The translations under genes and the position numbers were made by a program. Below the pieces are notes generated by a model that saw only the letters and a list, made by a program, of their open reading frames with translations, did no database searches and had not been told where the DNA came from. A stretch of 62,923 nucleotides of DNA, filler included, from Octopus bimaculoides (taxonomy: Eukaryota): assembly GCF_001194135.2 (NCBI RefSeq). It is 3 parts of 3 records of this genome, joined end to end, with 100 filler letters (N's around TTAATTAATTAA, not from the genome) between each part and the next. Parts side by side here need not be neighbours in the genome. Positions count along the whole stretch, not along the records: positions 1 to 26,722 come from NC_068983.1; 2 more parts are not named here. One strand, 5' to 3'. Shown here piece after piece: positions 1 through 11,486 of this stretch; the stretch's first letter is position 1; every line of letters starts with the position of its first letter.

Positions 1-284
1 AAAAAAAGGGGTTTTGTATGATTGTGTATAGAGGAATACATTATTTTGTTTAAAAGAGTTCCAACACTGTCTGTTTTTTATGTTTTATTTATATTCCTGC
101 AAAACCAATGTGGGATATAGAATATGGAATATACAATATATAATATAATATACAATATATGATATAAAATAAAAATGGATGGTACAATGAAATAAATTAT
201 TGAATGTCTTATTGAATATATGGAATATGTCTTATTGAATAGATGAAATATTGAGTGTTCAATATAAAGGATTAAATATATAAA

Positions 285-328
285 GGCGAATACGTATTTT
301 CTATACCTTGTGGTATTTCATCATGGCC
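285..328 (-). ncRNA. minimal type I hammerhead ribozyme motif (slightly decayed)
   Basis: Minus strand reads GGC-CATGATGA-AATACC ACAA GGTATA-GAAA-ATACGTAT-TC-GCC: stem I GGC/GCC, CUGAUGA core with one extra A, 5-bp stem II ATACC/GGTAT, palindromic stem III AATACGTATT, UUC cleavage triplet. Confidence 0.6.
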
Positions 329-378
329 GGTATGACAGACTTTAACAGACTGTACAGTCTGTTAAAGTCAGTCATACC
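329..378. repeat. 50-bp near-perfect palindrome, no loop
   Basis: ggtatgacagactttaacagactgt|acagtctgttaaagtcagtcatacc; 25-bp arms, one mismatch (337 vs 370). Confidence 0.95.
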
Positions 379-657
379 TATCATTTGGGATATCACAGAA
401 ACAGCTGGAAAACTTCTAATAATTAATTAATTAACTAATTAATTAATCACTTCAAATTCACCTTACTCTAATTAAAGATTCTAAATGACTTGAAATACTC
501 GTTCTGCTTTAGTTTTTGTTATCCTTTTCCCTCTGATATATACCTGCTAACTCGGAAGCCTACTGCTAATACTATGTATATATATATTCATATAAACGTA
601 TAAACCTCTACATATAATTATGCATACGTATACTATTATATATATGTAAACGTGTTT

Positions 658-1040
658 TATTTTATTCTTTTACTTGTTGCATTCATTTGACTCTGGTCTT
701 TCTGGAGCACAAACTTGAAGGATTTTAAACGAACAGGTTAACTCCTGGACTTATTCTTTTAAGCCTAGTCCTGACTTTATCGACCTCTTTTGCCGAGCAT
801 CAGAATTAAGGTGACGTAAACACACCAACATCAAGGAAGGGGGCAAACAGGACACAAAGACACACATACATATACGACGGGCTTCTTTCAGTTTCCGTCT
901 ACCACATCCATTCACAAGGCTTTGGTCGGGCCGAAGATATAGTAGAAGACACTTTCTCAAGATGTCACGCACTAGGACTGAAATTGGAGCCATGTTGTTG
1001 GGAAGCAAGCTTCTTAGCACACAGCCACGCTTGCGGCTAC
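658..1040 (-). mobile_element. tRNA-derived SINE family A (CORE-like motif; possibly octopus OR2)
   Basis: Matches other copies in the window (e.g. 58980-59327): head gtggctgtgtg...aagcttgcttcc with A/B-box-like motifs, internal microsatellite, conserved 3' part. Confidence 0.75.
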
Positions 1041-1364
1041 CAATATCCAAGGTACCACCTGTCTAAGGTACCACGCAGTGCAACTGAACCCCAAACCATG
1101 TGGCTTGGTGTACTAACGTCCCCATATTATAAGCCAGGCCTTGTAATTGTTAAGTGATTTCCCTCTGCATGAAACACCTGGTGCCATGTTAACAAACAAA
1201 TATATAATATTTCTCCGCCAATCGGTGTTGCGCACTTATTCTCACTCATTGGATTTTAGCGAAGAAAGGCTTCCGGCGTTATTAAACACTAAACACGAAC
1301 ATAGATTCAAAAGTGCCGTGGAAATATGTGTTTATATAGGGATGTTAGTCGAAGAAATCGAATC

Positions 1365-1656
1365 CAGGACTTATTCTTTGTAAGCCTAGTACTTATTCTA
1401 TCGGTCTCTTTTGCTGAACCGCTAAGATACGGGGACATAAACACAACAGCGTCGATTGTCAAGCAATGGCAGTGGGGACAAACACAGACGCACATACATA
1501 TATATGCAGTATATACGACGGGCTTCTTCCAGTTCCAGTCTACGAAATTCACTCACAAGGCTTTGGTCGGCCCGCAGCTATAGTAGAAGACACTTGCCCC
1601 AGATTCCACTCAGTGGGACTACACCCGGAACCATGTGGTTGGGAAGCAAGCTTCAC
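1365..1656 (-). mobile_element. SINE family A copy, 5' truncated
   Basis: gacttattctttgtaagcctagtacttattctatcggtc...gacacttgccc...ccggaaccatgtggttgggaagcaagc shared with other copies. Confidence 0.8.
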
Positions 1657-1876
1657 ATACATAATTACATGCATATACACACACATAATGATTTTCCTAC
1701 AGGACATAGTGTTCTCAGATATTATGTAACTTATTTGTCATATTTACACTAGTTTAAGTTACAAGCTTATTTGACTGTAGATTGTTTGCACAGTAATGAA
1801 ACAAATAAAAACACACAATTTGAAATCTCAGTTGTTCTGTATCCAACACGAGCTCACTGGTCACAATGTCTGTATG

Positions 1877-1964
1877 TACTCGAGATTTTATATCACGTGT
1901 TTCATCGTTGTAAACTAGCATACTCGAGATTTTATATCATGTATTTCATCGTTGTAAATTAGTA
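1877..1964. repeat. 44-bp tandem duplication (2 copies)
   Basis: tactcgagattttatatcacgtgtttcatcgttgtaaactagca followed by a copy with a few substitutions. Confidence 0.9.
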
Positions 1965-3920
1965 TATGTTAATGCAGAACTTTAAAAAGGTGCCCCACTA
2001 ATTTAGAATGTATGTTTAGCTTTTTAATAGAGATAATATTTAAAAGCGGCTATACCACGTATCTATTTCCTCGGTACGCAGACAAAATAGTATAATCTGG
2101 CTTGTTTTTATTTTGTTAGACCATCATTACAGAGAGCGTACAACACTAGTGTCCATACAGAGCTTATAAGCTTATAACTATTTACAGTCTATATAAACTT
2201 GGAGAAAGCTAAACAGTTTTAACAGGGCAAGCAATGAAATCTTCGATTAATTAATTAAGTTGCCAAAATGTGTTATTTTAAGCGCAGAGATTGACAGATG
2301 ATAGACCTTTCGACGCAATGCTGAAAAGTGTGTGAAAATTATCTAAGGAACAATTATGTGATGATAACGAAGTTATTCCGTACTGGTGCTGGTTACTAAA
2401 TCACTCTTTGAATGAATTAGCTACTTATGTCTATATAGGTAAATGGAAAGACGAATTTATATTTGCGGTGGAATATACAATTTCTTTTATTTCGCAGTTT
2501 CCTTGGAAGGAATATGTTTTAGTATCTGTAGAATTATAGTTGCGAGTATTATTTATCTTGTATTTTTTATGTTTTTGCTTGTTTCAATTATAGGACTTTG
2601 GTCATGTTGAGGCACCGCTTCAAGGGTTTTAGTTTAAAAGAATCGCTTCCACTACTTATTTTTGAAAGCCTGATTCTTATTCTGTTAGTCTTTTTTTTTT
2701 ACCTAATTGCTATGTTACAGGGATGTAAATAAACCATCACTGATTGTCAAAGTCAGAGACTGACAAACACAGAGACACACACACATATATATGTACATAT
2801 GTATGTTTATATATATANNNNNNNNNNNNNNNNNNNNNNNNNNNNNNNNNNNNNNNNNNNNNNNNNNNNNNNNNNNNNNNNNNNNNNNNNNNNNNNNNNN
2901 NNNNNNNNNNNNNNNNNNNNNNNNNNNNNNNNNNNNNNNNNNNNNNNNNNNNNNNNNNNNNNNNNNNNNNNNNNNNNNNNNNNNNNNNNNNNNNNNNNNN
3001 NNNNNNNNNNNNNNNNNNNNNNNNNNNNNNNNNNNNNNNNNNNNNNNNNNNNNNNNNNNNNNNNNNNNNNNNNNNNNNNNNNNNNNNNNNNNNNNNNNNN
3101 NNNNNNNNNNNNNNNNNNNNNNNNNNNNNNNNNNNNNNNNNNNNNNNNNNNNNNNNNNNNNNNNNNNNNNNNNNNNNNNNNNNNNNNNNNNNNNNNNNNN
3201 NNNNNNNNNNNNNNNNNNNNNNNNNNNNNNNNNNNNNNNNNNNNNNNNNNNNNNNNNNNNNNNNNNNNNNNNNNNNNNNNNNNNNNNNNNNNNNNNNNNN
3301 NNNNNNNNNNNNNNNNNNNNNNNNNNNNNNNNNNNNNNNNNNNNNNNNNNNNNNNNNNNNNNNNNNNNNNNNNNNNNNNNNNNNNNNNNNNNNNNNNNNN
3401 NNNNNNNNNNNNNNNNNNNNNNNNNNNNNNNNNNNNNNNNNNNNNNNNNNNNNNNNNNNNNNNNNNNNNNNNNNNNNNNNNNNNNNNNNNNNNNNNNNNN
3501 NNNNNNNNNNNNNNNNNNNNNNNNNNNNNNNNNNNNNNNNNNNNNNNNNNNNNNNNNNNNNNNNNNNNNNNNNNNNNNNNNNNNNNNNNNNNNNNNNNNN
3601 NNNNNNNNNNNNNNNNNNNNNNNNNNNNNNNNNNNNNNNNNNNNNNNNNNNNNNNNNNNNNNNNNNNNNNNNNNNNNNNNNNNNNNNNNNNNNATCTAGT
3701 GTAACAATTTAAAAATGATAATAATAGAATCAATAATATACATGCCTCCCCAAAAGGCATTAAATAGCTGAAGGATTAAAATTAATCAAAGGACATACTA
3801 AGTATGCTCTTTGATTTATATAGATAGTAAGAATATACAAAAAGAAAAAAAAAGAAAAGACGAAGACGGGTGTGTAAACAACAAACGGAGGTATTAGTTT
3901 AACGCTCGGGAAGTGAGAAA

Positions 3921-3961
3921 GTCTTTTACGTTTCGAGCCTACGCTCTTCGACAGAAAGGAC
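3921..3961 (-). ncRNA. variant minimal hammerhead motif (CUGUCGA + bulged A)
   Basis: Minus: GTC-CTTT-CTGTCGA-A-GAGC GTAG GCTC-GAAA-C-GTA-AAAG-AC; 4-bp stem II, zero-loop palindromic stem III ACGT, GUA site. Confidence 0.6.
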
Positions 3962-4031
3962 CACAGAGATAAACAGGGAGAGAAAATAAAAGGGTTTAGT
4001 GGCTAGCGGTCTATCTTGGTAAATGATTAAC

Positions 4032-4032
<1 letters not shown>

Positions 4033-4094
<62 letters not shown>

Positions 4095-4185
4095 CATTTC
4101 TTTTATTAGCCACACAGGGCTCAACCGAGATGTGACAAATACAATGTAGAGCTTTTCTTTTTGCGAGGGGGAAGGAAAAAAAAAG

Positions 4186-4226
<41 letters not shown>

Positions 4227-4230
4227 TGAT
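4033..4230. repeat. (AGAT)n microsatellites (two tracts)
   Basis: Direct reading, approx. 4033-4094 and 4189-4230. Confidence 0.95.
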
Positions 4231-4429
4231 AGATGTGTGTGTGTGTGCGGCAGAATTCTTTCAGTTTCCGTCTTTCCAAATCCACTCACAAGACTGTGGT
4301 CAACTTGAAGCTAAAGTAAAAGTAACTGACCCGGAAATGTCACGCAACGAGACTATACCCGAAATTACGTAATTGGGAAGCAAATTTCATGCCACCTGGT
4401 CCAAATTTTATCTGTGTTATATTTTTGGT

Positions 4430-4860
4430 TCTATGGAATGAATATATTTTGGTATTTGTAGAATTACAGTTGGGGGAAATTTCTTGGATATATATTTCAC
4501 TTTTATTTCTATTTTGAAATTTACTCATATTTATGTATCGCATCTCAGTTTTTAAATATTAGAGATCTAATTGTTTGCTAACATTTTCTTTTATTTGGTA
4601 GCTTCCTCGGAGGAAATATATTTCAGTATTTTTAGAATTATAGCTTAGAGAATTTTTCTTGTGTATATATTTTATATTTTATATTTTATATTTCATTTGG
4701 ATTATATTAGACTACTGGAAATTTTGTTATTATTATTATTTTTTTTTTTTTGGAGTGGGTGAGTGAATATATTTCTATATTTGCAGAATTGCAGTTGGAA
4801 TATTCTTGAGTATATCTGATTTTTAATTTTCGTTGTTATTTTGATTTTATTTTCATTGGT
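4430..4860. repeat. degenerate ~165-bp tandem repeat (3 units; related unit near 2500-2570)
   Basis: Recurrent gaatatattt..tattt(g/t)(t/c)agaatt(a/g)(c/t)ag.t...ttcttg..tata at ~4440, ~4612 and ~4765. Confidence 0.5.
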
Positions 4861-5762
4861 ATATGGGATTTTATTTTTGAAACATTATAGATATCAATTG
4901 GGTGATGAGTGACCCATATAAAACTGTTCTGAAAATATCTAAATTTCCATACATGGAAATGGAAATTTTAGATAAGCACAGGTGTAGCTGTGTGGTAAGA
5001 AAGTGACGAGCTGGCAGAAAGGTTAGCACGCCGGGCAAAATGCTTAGCAATNNNNNNNNNNNNNNNNNNNNNNNNNNNNNNNNNNNNNNNNNNNNNNNNN
5101 NNNNNNNNNNNNNNNNNNNNNNNNNNNNNNNNNNNNNNNNNNNNNNNNNNNNNNNNNNNNNNNNNNNNNNNNNNNNNNNNNNNNNNNNNNNNNNNNNNNN
5201 NNNNNNNNNNNNNNNNNNNNNNNNNNNNNNNNNNNNNNNNNNNNNNNNNNNNNNNNNNNNNNNNNNNNNNNNNNNNNNNNNNNNNNNNNNNNNNNNNNNN
5301 NNNNNNNNNNNNNNNNNNNNNNNNNNNNNNNNNNNNNNNNNNNNNNNNNNNNNNNNNNNNNNNNNNNNNNNNNNNNNNNNNNNNNNNNNNNNNNNNNNNN
5401 NNNNNNNNNNNNNNNNNNNNNNNNNNNNNNNNNNNNNNNNNNNNNNNNNNNNNNNNNNNNNNNNNNNNNNNNNNNNNNNNNNNNNNNNNNNNNNNNNNNN
5501 NNNNNNNNNNNNNNNNNNNNNNNNNNNNNNNNNNNNNNNNNNNNNNNNNNNNNNNNNNNNNNNNNNNNNNNNNNNNNNNNNNNNNNNNNNNNNNNNNNNN
5601 NNNNNNNNNNNNNNNNNNNNNNNNNNNNNNNNNNNNNNNNNNNNNNNNNNNNNATATATATATATATATATATATATCTGTGTGTTTTTATATTAAAAAA
5701 TGTCTGACATACACAGTATATAATGATATAGAGAATTAAAGGGTTGAAGAAAAGTACTACAT

Positions 5763-5860
5763 ATCTAACAACTGTTTCTGGGGACTCTGTGCTCCAAAAT
5801 AACGTTTGTAGATTGATACCATTGCGGGATGAGATGAGCCTCCTTCTTCAGTGAAGAGAT
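5763..5860 (-). ncRNA. decayed hammerhead motif with long stem II
   Basis: Minus: ATCT-[CTTCA]-CTGAAGA-AGGAGGCTC...GAGTCCCCA-GAAA-C AGTT G-TT-AGAT; stem III is one change from palindrome ACAGCTGT. Confidence 0.4.
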
Positions 5861-6406
5861 CTTACGTTTGAGGTGTTCAAAAAAAGAAGCTCAAAGAAGG
5901 AAAGAAGTTTCATCTTTGAACTTCTTTCCTTTAACTCCGATGTCAATTATTAGGCGTTTAGTACACAGCATTAAATTCGTATCAGTTACAGCAGCATGCC
6001 CATGATCGTTTGCGATGTACGGTAAGAAGAGCCGTGCAATACGTCATTATTATTTGATCACTGAGATGATGAGGCTAAGGTGTTGAAACATAAAGGAACT
6101 AGTAAACGCTATCGTTAAAAATTTAATAAATAGGAAAACTAAGAAAATATGTAAAATATTTTTGTCAAATATTCTCAATGCACTCACGCGTCTCCAATAT
6201 AATGAGTTTTAAATTAAAGCTGCTCCTAATATATATATACGTACTACTATATGCATGTACGTTTATAATTTTGCATGGAACGAGCAGAAAGAAAGAGTGT
6301 TATAAATGTATTGTAGTGTTCGCTGTCAGAACTAAACTTCGTTCCTCAAGCGTCTGAATGATCTTCAGTACTTTAGTGTGTGTGTGTGTGAGTGTGTGTG
6401 TATGTA

Positions 6407-6438
<32 letters not shown>

Positions 6439-7142
6439 CAAACGTAACATCTCACCACATCTCAAAACACTACCGTACAACCCTTAAATCAATGAGGCAT
6501 ACAATACTATTGTACAAATTTTATCTATGCTCATTAGGGATCTATAAATGAACAACATTCTGAAAACACATAAATTTATCAAATGCAAAATCAACACAAA
6601 TCGCTGAAAAACACTTTTGAAAAATGTGAAGCGTTACCCAACAACCACCAAAGTAATGGTTAAAAATGTGGACGCCCAAACTGTGAAACTTGTTCCAACC
6701 TGCAGAAATGCTCGGAATTCCTATTCAAACAAGGAAAGAGGTTCGCAATTAAAACCAACTTCACTTGTGCTGCCGAGAATTTAATTTATATCACTACTTG
6801 TCCAGGTTGTAGACATAATTATATAGGATAGACAAGTATAGAACTTAGACGGGGAACCATACTATATAACATTTACTTACCACAGTACAGACAGATTCCT
6901 TTCAATGAACACATAGACAGATGTGCAGGTAATATCCAACAAAACTTCACTGTTTTCCCTATCTACCAGTGCAAAGAGACAATTTCTGTACAAGAACGTT
7001 TAAATAAAGAATATATATTTAACGAAAAACAGAGAACACGCCTAAATATGAACATAAAACCAACTTTGGTCTCAGTGGATATCTTAATTCATGTTCACAT
7101 ACACATCACTGTAATTGTTTCATGTCACTACTTTAGCATATG

Positions 7143-7378
7143 TGGAGGTGCGTGGCTTAATGGTTATGGTGTCAGCATCATTATCGTAAGATTGTGGTTT
7201 CAATTCCTAGGCCGGGTGACGTGTTGTGTTCTTTTCACGTTACTCCAGTCCACTCAGCTGGCAAAAATGAGTAACACTGCGATGGACTGGCGTCCCGTCC
7301 GGTCGGGGAACACATACGCCATTGAAACTGGGGAACCGGACCCATGAGCCTGGCTAAGCTTTAAAAGGGCGCAAGAAG
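7143..7378 (+). mobile_element. tRNA-derived SINE family E inserted in the PLE 3' tail
   Basis: Head ggaggtgcgtggcttaatggtta...gtttcaattcc; 13-bp TSD with one mismatch, actttagc(a/t)tatg at 7130-7142 and 7379-7391; related copy at 62775-62923. Confidence 0.85.
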
Positions 7379-7576
7379 ACTTTAGCTTATGAGTTTTTGC
7401 ATACTTATTTACTCCTCCCCCAAAACGTGCAGTTATCTCCCTTGTCTTGAATAATAACAATCACCAATAACCTCCCTTTAGATTGTTCTCTCTGTTGATT
7501 CATATCATTCACAAGCTCCCATACACAGCATGGATTAAAATCTTCTTAAGAAAATACGATATTACAATACTTTCAA

Positions 7577-7609
7577 CGTCATGATTAGCTAAAGCGAAAC
7601 CAGTCGACG
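7577..7609 (+). ncRNA. minimal hammerhead motif, A3-U8 variant
   Basis: CGTC-ATGATTA-GC TAAA GC-GAAA-C CA G-TC-GACG: 4-bp stem I, 2-bp stem II, GUC site; lies in the PLE 3' tail. Confidence 0.7.
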
Positions 7610-7657
7610 AATACAATACTCTTTCATTCATAAAATATAATAAAACTATGTAAGTGT

Positions 7658-7702
<45 letters not shown>

Positions 7703-9230
7703 TGTGTGTATATGTATATATATATATANNNNNNNNNNNNNNNNNNNNNNNNNNNNNNNNNNNNNNNNNNNNNNNNNNNNNNNNNNNNNNNNNNNNNNNN
7801 NNNNNNNNNNNNNNNNNNNNNNNNNNNNNNNNNNNNNNNNNNNNNNNNNNNNNNNNNNNNNNNNNNNNNNNNNNNNNNNNNNNNNNNNNNNNNNNNNNNN
7901 NNNNNNNNNNNNNNNNNNNNNNNNNNNNNNNNNNNNNNNNNNNNNNNNNNNNNNNNNNNNNNNNNNNNNNNNNNNNNNNNNNNNNNNNNNNNNNNNNNNN
8001 NNNNNNNNNNNNNNNNNNNNNNNNNNNNNNNNNNNNNNNNNNNNNNNNNNNNNNNNNNNNNNNNNNNNNNNNNNNNNNNNNNNNNNNNNNNNNNNNNNNN
8101 NNNNNNNNNNNNNNNNNNNNNNNNNNNNNNNNNNNNNNNNNNNNNNNNNNNNNNNNNNNNNNNNNNNNNNNNNNNNNNNNNNNNNNNNNNNNNNNNNNNN
8201 NNNNNNNNNNNNNNNNNNNNNNNNNNNNNNNNNNNNNNNNNNNNNNNNNNNNNNNNNNNNNNNNNNNNNNNNNNNNNNNNNNNNNNNNNNNNNNNNNNNN
8301 NNNNNNNNNNNNNNNNNNNNNNNNNNNNNNNNNNNNNNNNNNNNNNNNNNNNNNNNNNNNNNNNNNNNNNNNNNNNNNNNNNNNNNNNNNNNNNNNNNNN
8401 NNNNNNNNNNNNNNNNNNNNNNNNNNNNNNNNNNNNNNNNNNNNNNNNNNNNNNNNNNNNNNNNNNNNNNNNNNNNNNNNNNNNNNNNNNNNNNNNNNNN
8501 NNNNNNNNNNNNNNNNNNNNNNNNNNNNNNNNNNNNNNNNNNNNNNNNNNNNNNNNNNNNNNNNNNNNNNNNNNNNNNNNNNNNNNNNNNNNNNNNNNNN
8601 NNNNNNNNNNNNNNNNATATATATACGCACATATACACATTACCATATATTGTTATATGCACAGATATAATTGTATTAATACACGCAACTGCACGGATGG
8701 AATTACTGATATGTGTACCACAGTTTTGATGACAAAAGATAAGAATGAAATATTTTGGGAATAGTTGAAAGTCTGTGACAATCCTCTACAGAACTCTACC
8801 TTAATCAACATCTTTGATGTCTCTGGACACTAAAGTGTACAAGTCTCGATAATACCTTCCCGCAGCTGCTATGAATATCTTCCATAGAAATCTTTTATAT
8901 AGCCGTACAAATCTTACCAAACGATCTTTAGCAGCCATTGCCTGAAGATATTACGTAGGCGTGCTTGTCTGTTCATATACGTATATGCATGCATGTTTAT
9001 GTGGTGAGCTCATGTTTAGGTTTGTGTGGGTGTGTGCGTGTGCGTGTGTGAGACCAAGTACATGCATTGTCACAAACACAACACACATGTATGGATATAT
9101 ATACATAAACATGTTTGTATGTGTGTGAGTATATAAATGTTCTTATATAAATTTGAATGTATGTATGGGGATATATATACTACATACATGCATTTATATA
9201 TACTACATACATACATTTATACATACATTT

Positions 9231-9267
<37 letters not shown>

Positions 9268-10136
9268 NNNNNNNNNNNNNNNNNNNNNNNNNNNNNNNNN
9301 NNNNNNNNNNNNNNNNNNNNNNNNNNNNNNNNNNNNNNNNNNNNNNNNNNNNNNNNNNNNNNNNNNNNNNNNNNNNNNNNNNNNNNNNNNNNNNNNNNNN
9401 NNNNNNNNNNNNNNNNNNNNNNNNNNNNNNNNNNNNNNNNNNNNNNNNNNNNNNNNNNNNNNNNNNNNNNNNNNNNNNNNNNNNNNNNNNNNNNNNNNNN
9501 NNNNNNNNNNNNNNNNNNNNNNNNNNNNNNNNNNNNNNNNNNNNNNNNNNNNNNNNNNNNNNNNNNNNNNNNNNNNNNNNNNNNNNNNNNNNNNNNNNNN
9601 NNNNNNNNNNNNNNNNNNNNNNNNNNNNNNNNNNNNNNNNNNNNNNNNNNNNNNNNNNNNNNNNNNNNNNNNNNNNNNNNNNNNNNNNNNNNNNNNNNNN
9701 NNNNNNNNNNNNNNNNNNNNNNNNNNNNNNNNNNNNNNNNNNNNNNNNNNNNNNNNNNNNNNNNNNNNNNNNNNNNNNNNNNNNNNNNNNNNNNNNNNNN
9801 NNNNNNNNNNNNNNNNNNNNNNNNNNNNNNNNNNNNNNNNNNNNNNNNNNNNNNNNNNNNNNNNNNNNNNNNNNNNNNNNNNNNNNNNNNNNNNNNNNNN
9901 NNNNNNNNNNNNNNNNNNNNNNNNNNNNNNNNNNNNNNNNNNNNNNNNNNNNNNNNNNNNNNNNNNNNNNNNNNNNNNNNNNNNNNNNNNNNNNNNNNNN
10001 NNNNNNNNNNNNNNNNNNNNNNNNNNNNNNNNNNNNNNNNNNNNNNNNNNNNNNNNNNNNNNNNNNNNNNNNNNNNNNNNNNNNNNNNNNNNNNNNNNNN
10101 NNNNNNNNNNNNNNNNNNNNNNNNNNNNNNNNNNNN

Positions 10137-10204
<68 letters not shown>

Positions 10205-10329
10205 AAACTTGGTATGTGAAAGCACTCGGTTGGATGTATAAAATGAAAAAAACTACAGAAGACAAGTGTTATATGGTTAAAGAATATATTTAAATCGTTA
10301 TGTTAGAAAAATGTTATAAAATTTGACGC

Positions 10330-11450
10330 ATAGTAACATTGTTTTTGAAGAAATAACCGGTTTCGTATTTTCTTCTCAAATTTCTGTATCCATATTGTGC
10401 TATCTTTTCACTATGAGGTGAAGTATGAAAGTTCGAGATAGGCGAAGGTAATCAGGGATTTTTTCGGTATAAGGGAGGTAATCATAAATGTTGAGAATGA
10501 CTAGGTTTTAGTAATTTAACATGATTTGGTTTAGAAAGGATAGAATGTTACAAGTGTTTAGGTTTTGCTTTATATTTTTTTCAATGAGGTAAGTTCCCTT
10601 GTTTAAAAATGCTAGAAATGGTTAATTTTTGGCATATATTTTTCGATGAAGTAGGTTCCCTTATTTATTCAAATTTGTGTTGGTGTTCCAATGGCACATC
10701 GATAAAAGATTACAAATTGTAGTAATTTGCGCATTTCTCAATGTGTTCACTAAAGGGTATCATTTTCTATTCTAGGAATTCTATCTGCTGTCGGTGCAGA
10801 GTGCATCTGGGTCTAAGCGATAATCCCAGGGACCCTATGTAGTTTTGGTAGAAGCTCAAGCATCTTATAACATAAAACAAGTTTTCTGAGGCACAAGTAA
10901 AGTCAGACTTGATTTTGAATTTTTGTCCCTCTTTGAAAAGGAATTCTGATCTTTCTAGAAGGTTTGGGCATGTTGCGCAATTTGGTCGACCACATTTTTT
11001 TCACTTTTGCGTCCGTTATTTTAGAAAATAATTTTGCCTTTGTGAGGATCTTTTTTAGTGATTTCAGTTGTTTGTGGCTTTTAATGAGCTTATGTGTGTG
11101 TAAAATTTCCTTTAATTTGGGGTCCTTATGTAGCATTGGTAAATTTTGGGTGATGATGGTGATGGTTTCTTTGTTTCTGGGGTTATATGTGGATATGTAC
11201 GGCAGTATTTTCGGAGATGGTGTGTTGCTGAGTTGAATTTTTCTTAAGGTTTCGATGTCGATTTGTGTTGCACGTCTAATTCTATCCTCTATGAGTTGAA
11301 CTGTGTAGTGTCTGTCGATCAGGGTGTTTTTGAATTCTTGCAGTCTCTGGCATTTTTTTCTGACACTATTGTGCATATCCTTCTTGCAAGGTTGAAAGGA
11401 TTGTTTGTTTTGGTGTTTCTTGGGTGGCATGAATTAAATAAATAGTAGAT
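10330..11450 (-). mobile_element. Penelope-like element 3' fragment (RT C-terminus/linker + GIY-YIG), degenerate
   Basis: ORF 10903-11430 (RRATQIDIETLR..LPYISTYNPRN..LIKSHKQ) then, after a frameshift, CGRPNCATCP..FTCASENLFYVIRC..NYIGSLGLSLRPRCTLHRQQI; same family as 6470-7650. Confidence 0.85.
10350..10384 (-). ncRNA. minimal hammerhead motif, U3-A8 variant
   Basis: Minus: GAAAT-TTGAGAA-G AAAATA C-GAAA-C CG G-TT-ATTTC: 5-bp stem I, palindromic ACCGGT stem III, weak stem II; in the PLE 3' tail. Confidence 0.6.
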
Positions 11451-11486
11451 ATTGTTTGGCGTCTAACAGGATCACGAAACTAACTC

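Larger units (their letters stand above)
6470..7650 (+). mobile_element. Penelope-like element 3' fragment (linker + GIY-YIG endonuclease + 3' tail), degenerate
   Basis: Translates KCGRPNCETCSNL...FTCAAENLIYITTCPGCRHNYIG*TSIELRR...EHIDRC: Cys linker plus IY..YIG.T GIY-YIG pattern of PLEs; stops and frameshifts present. Confidence 0.85.

Noticed and set aside
2744-10265. Long ORF-track entries made of X runs or HT/YI/CV/LS repeats (here and throughout the window)
   Set aside because: They read through N gaps or microsatellites; no coding signal.
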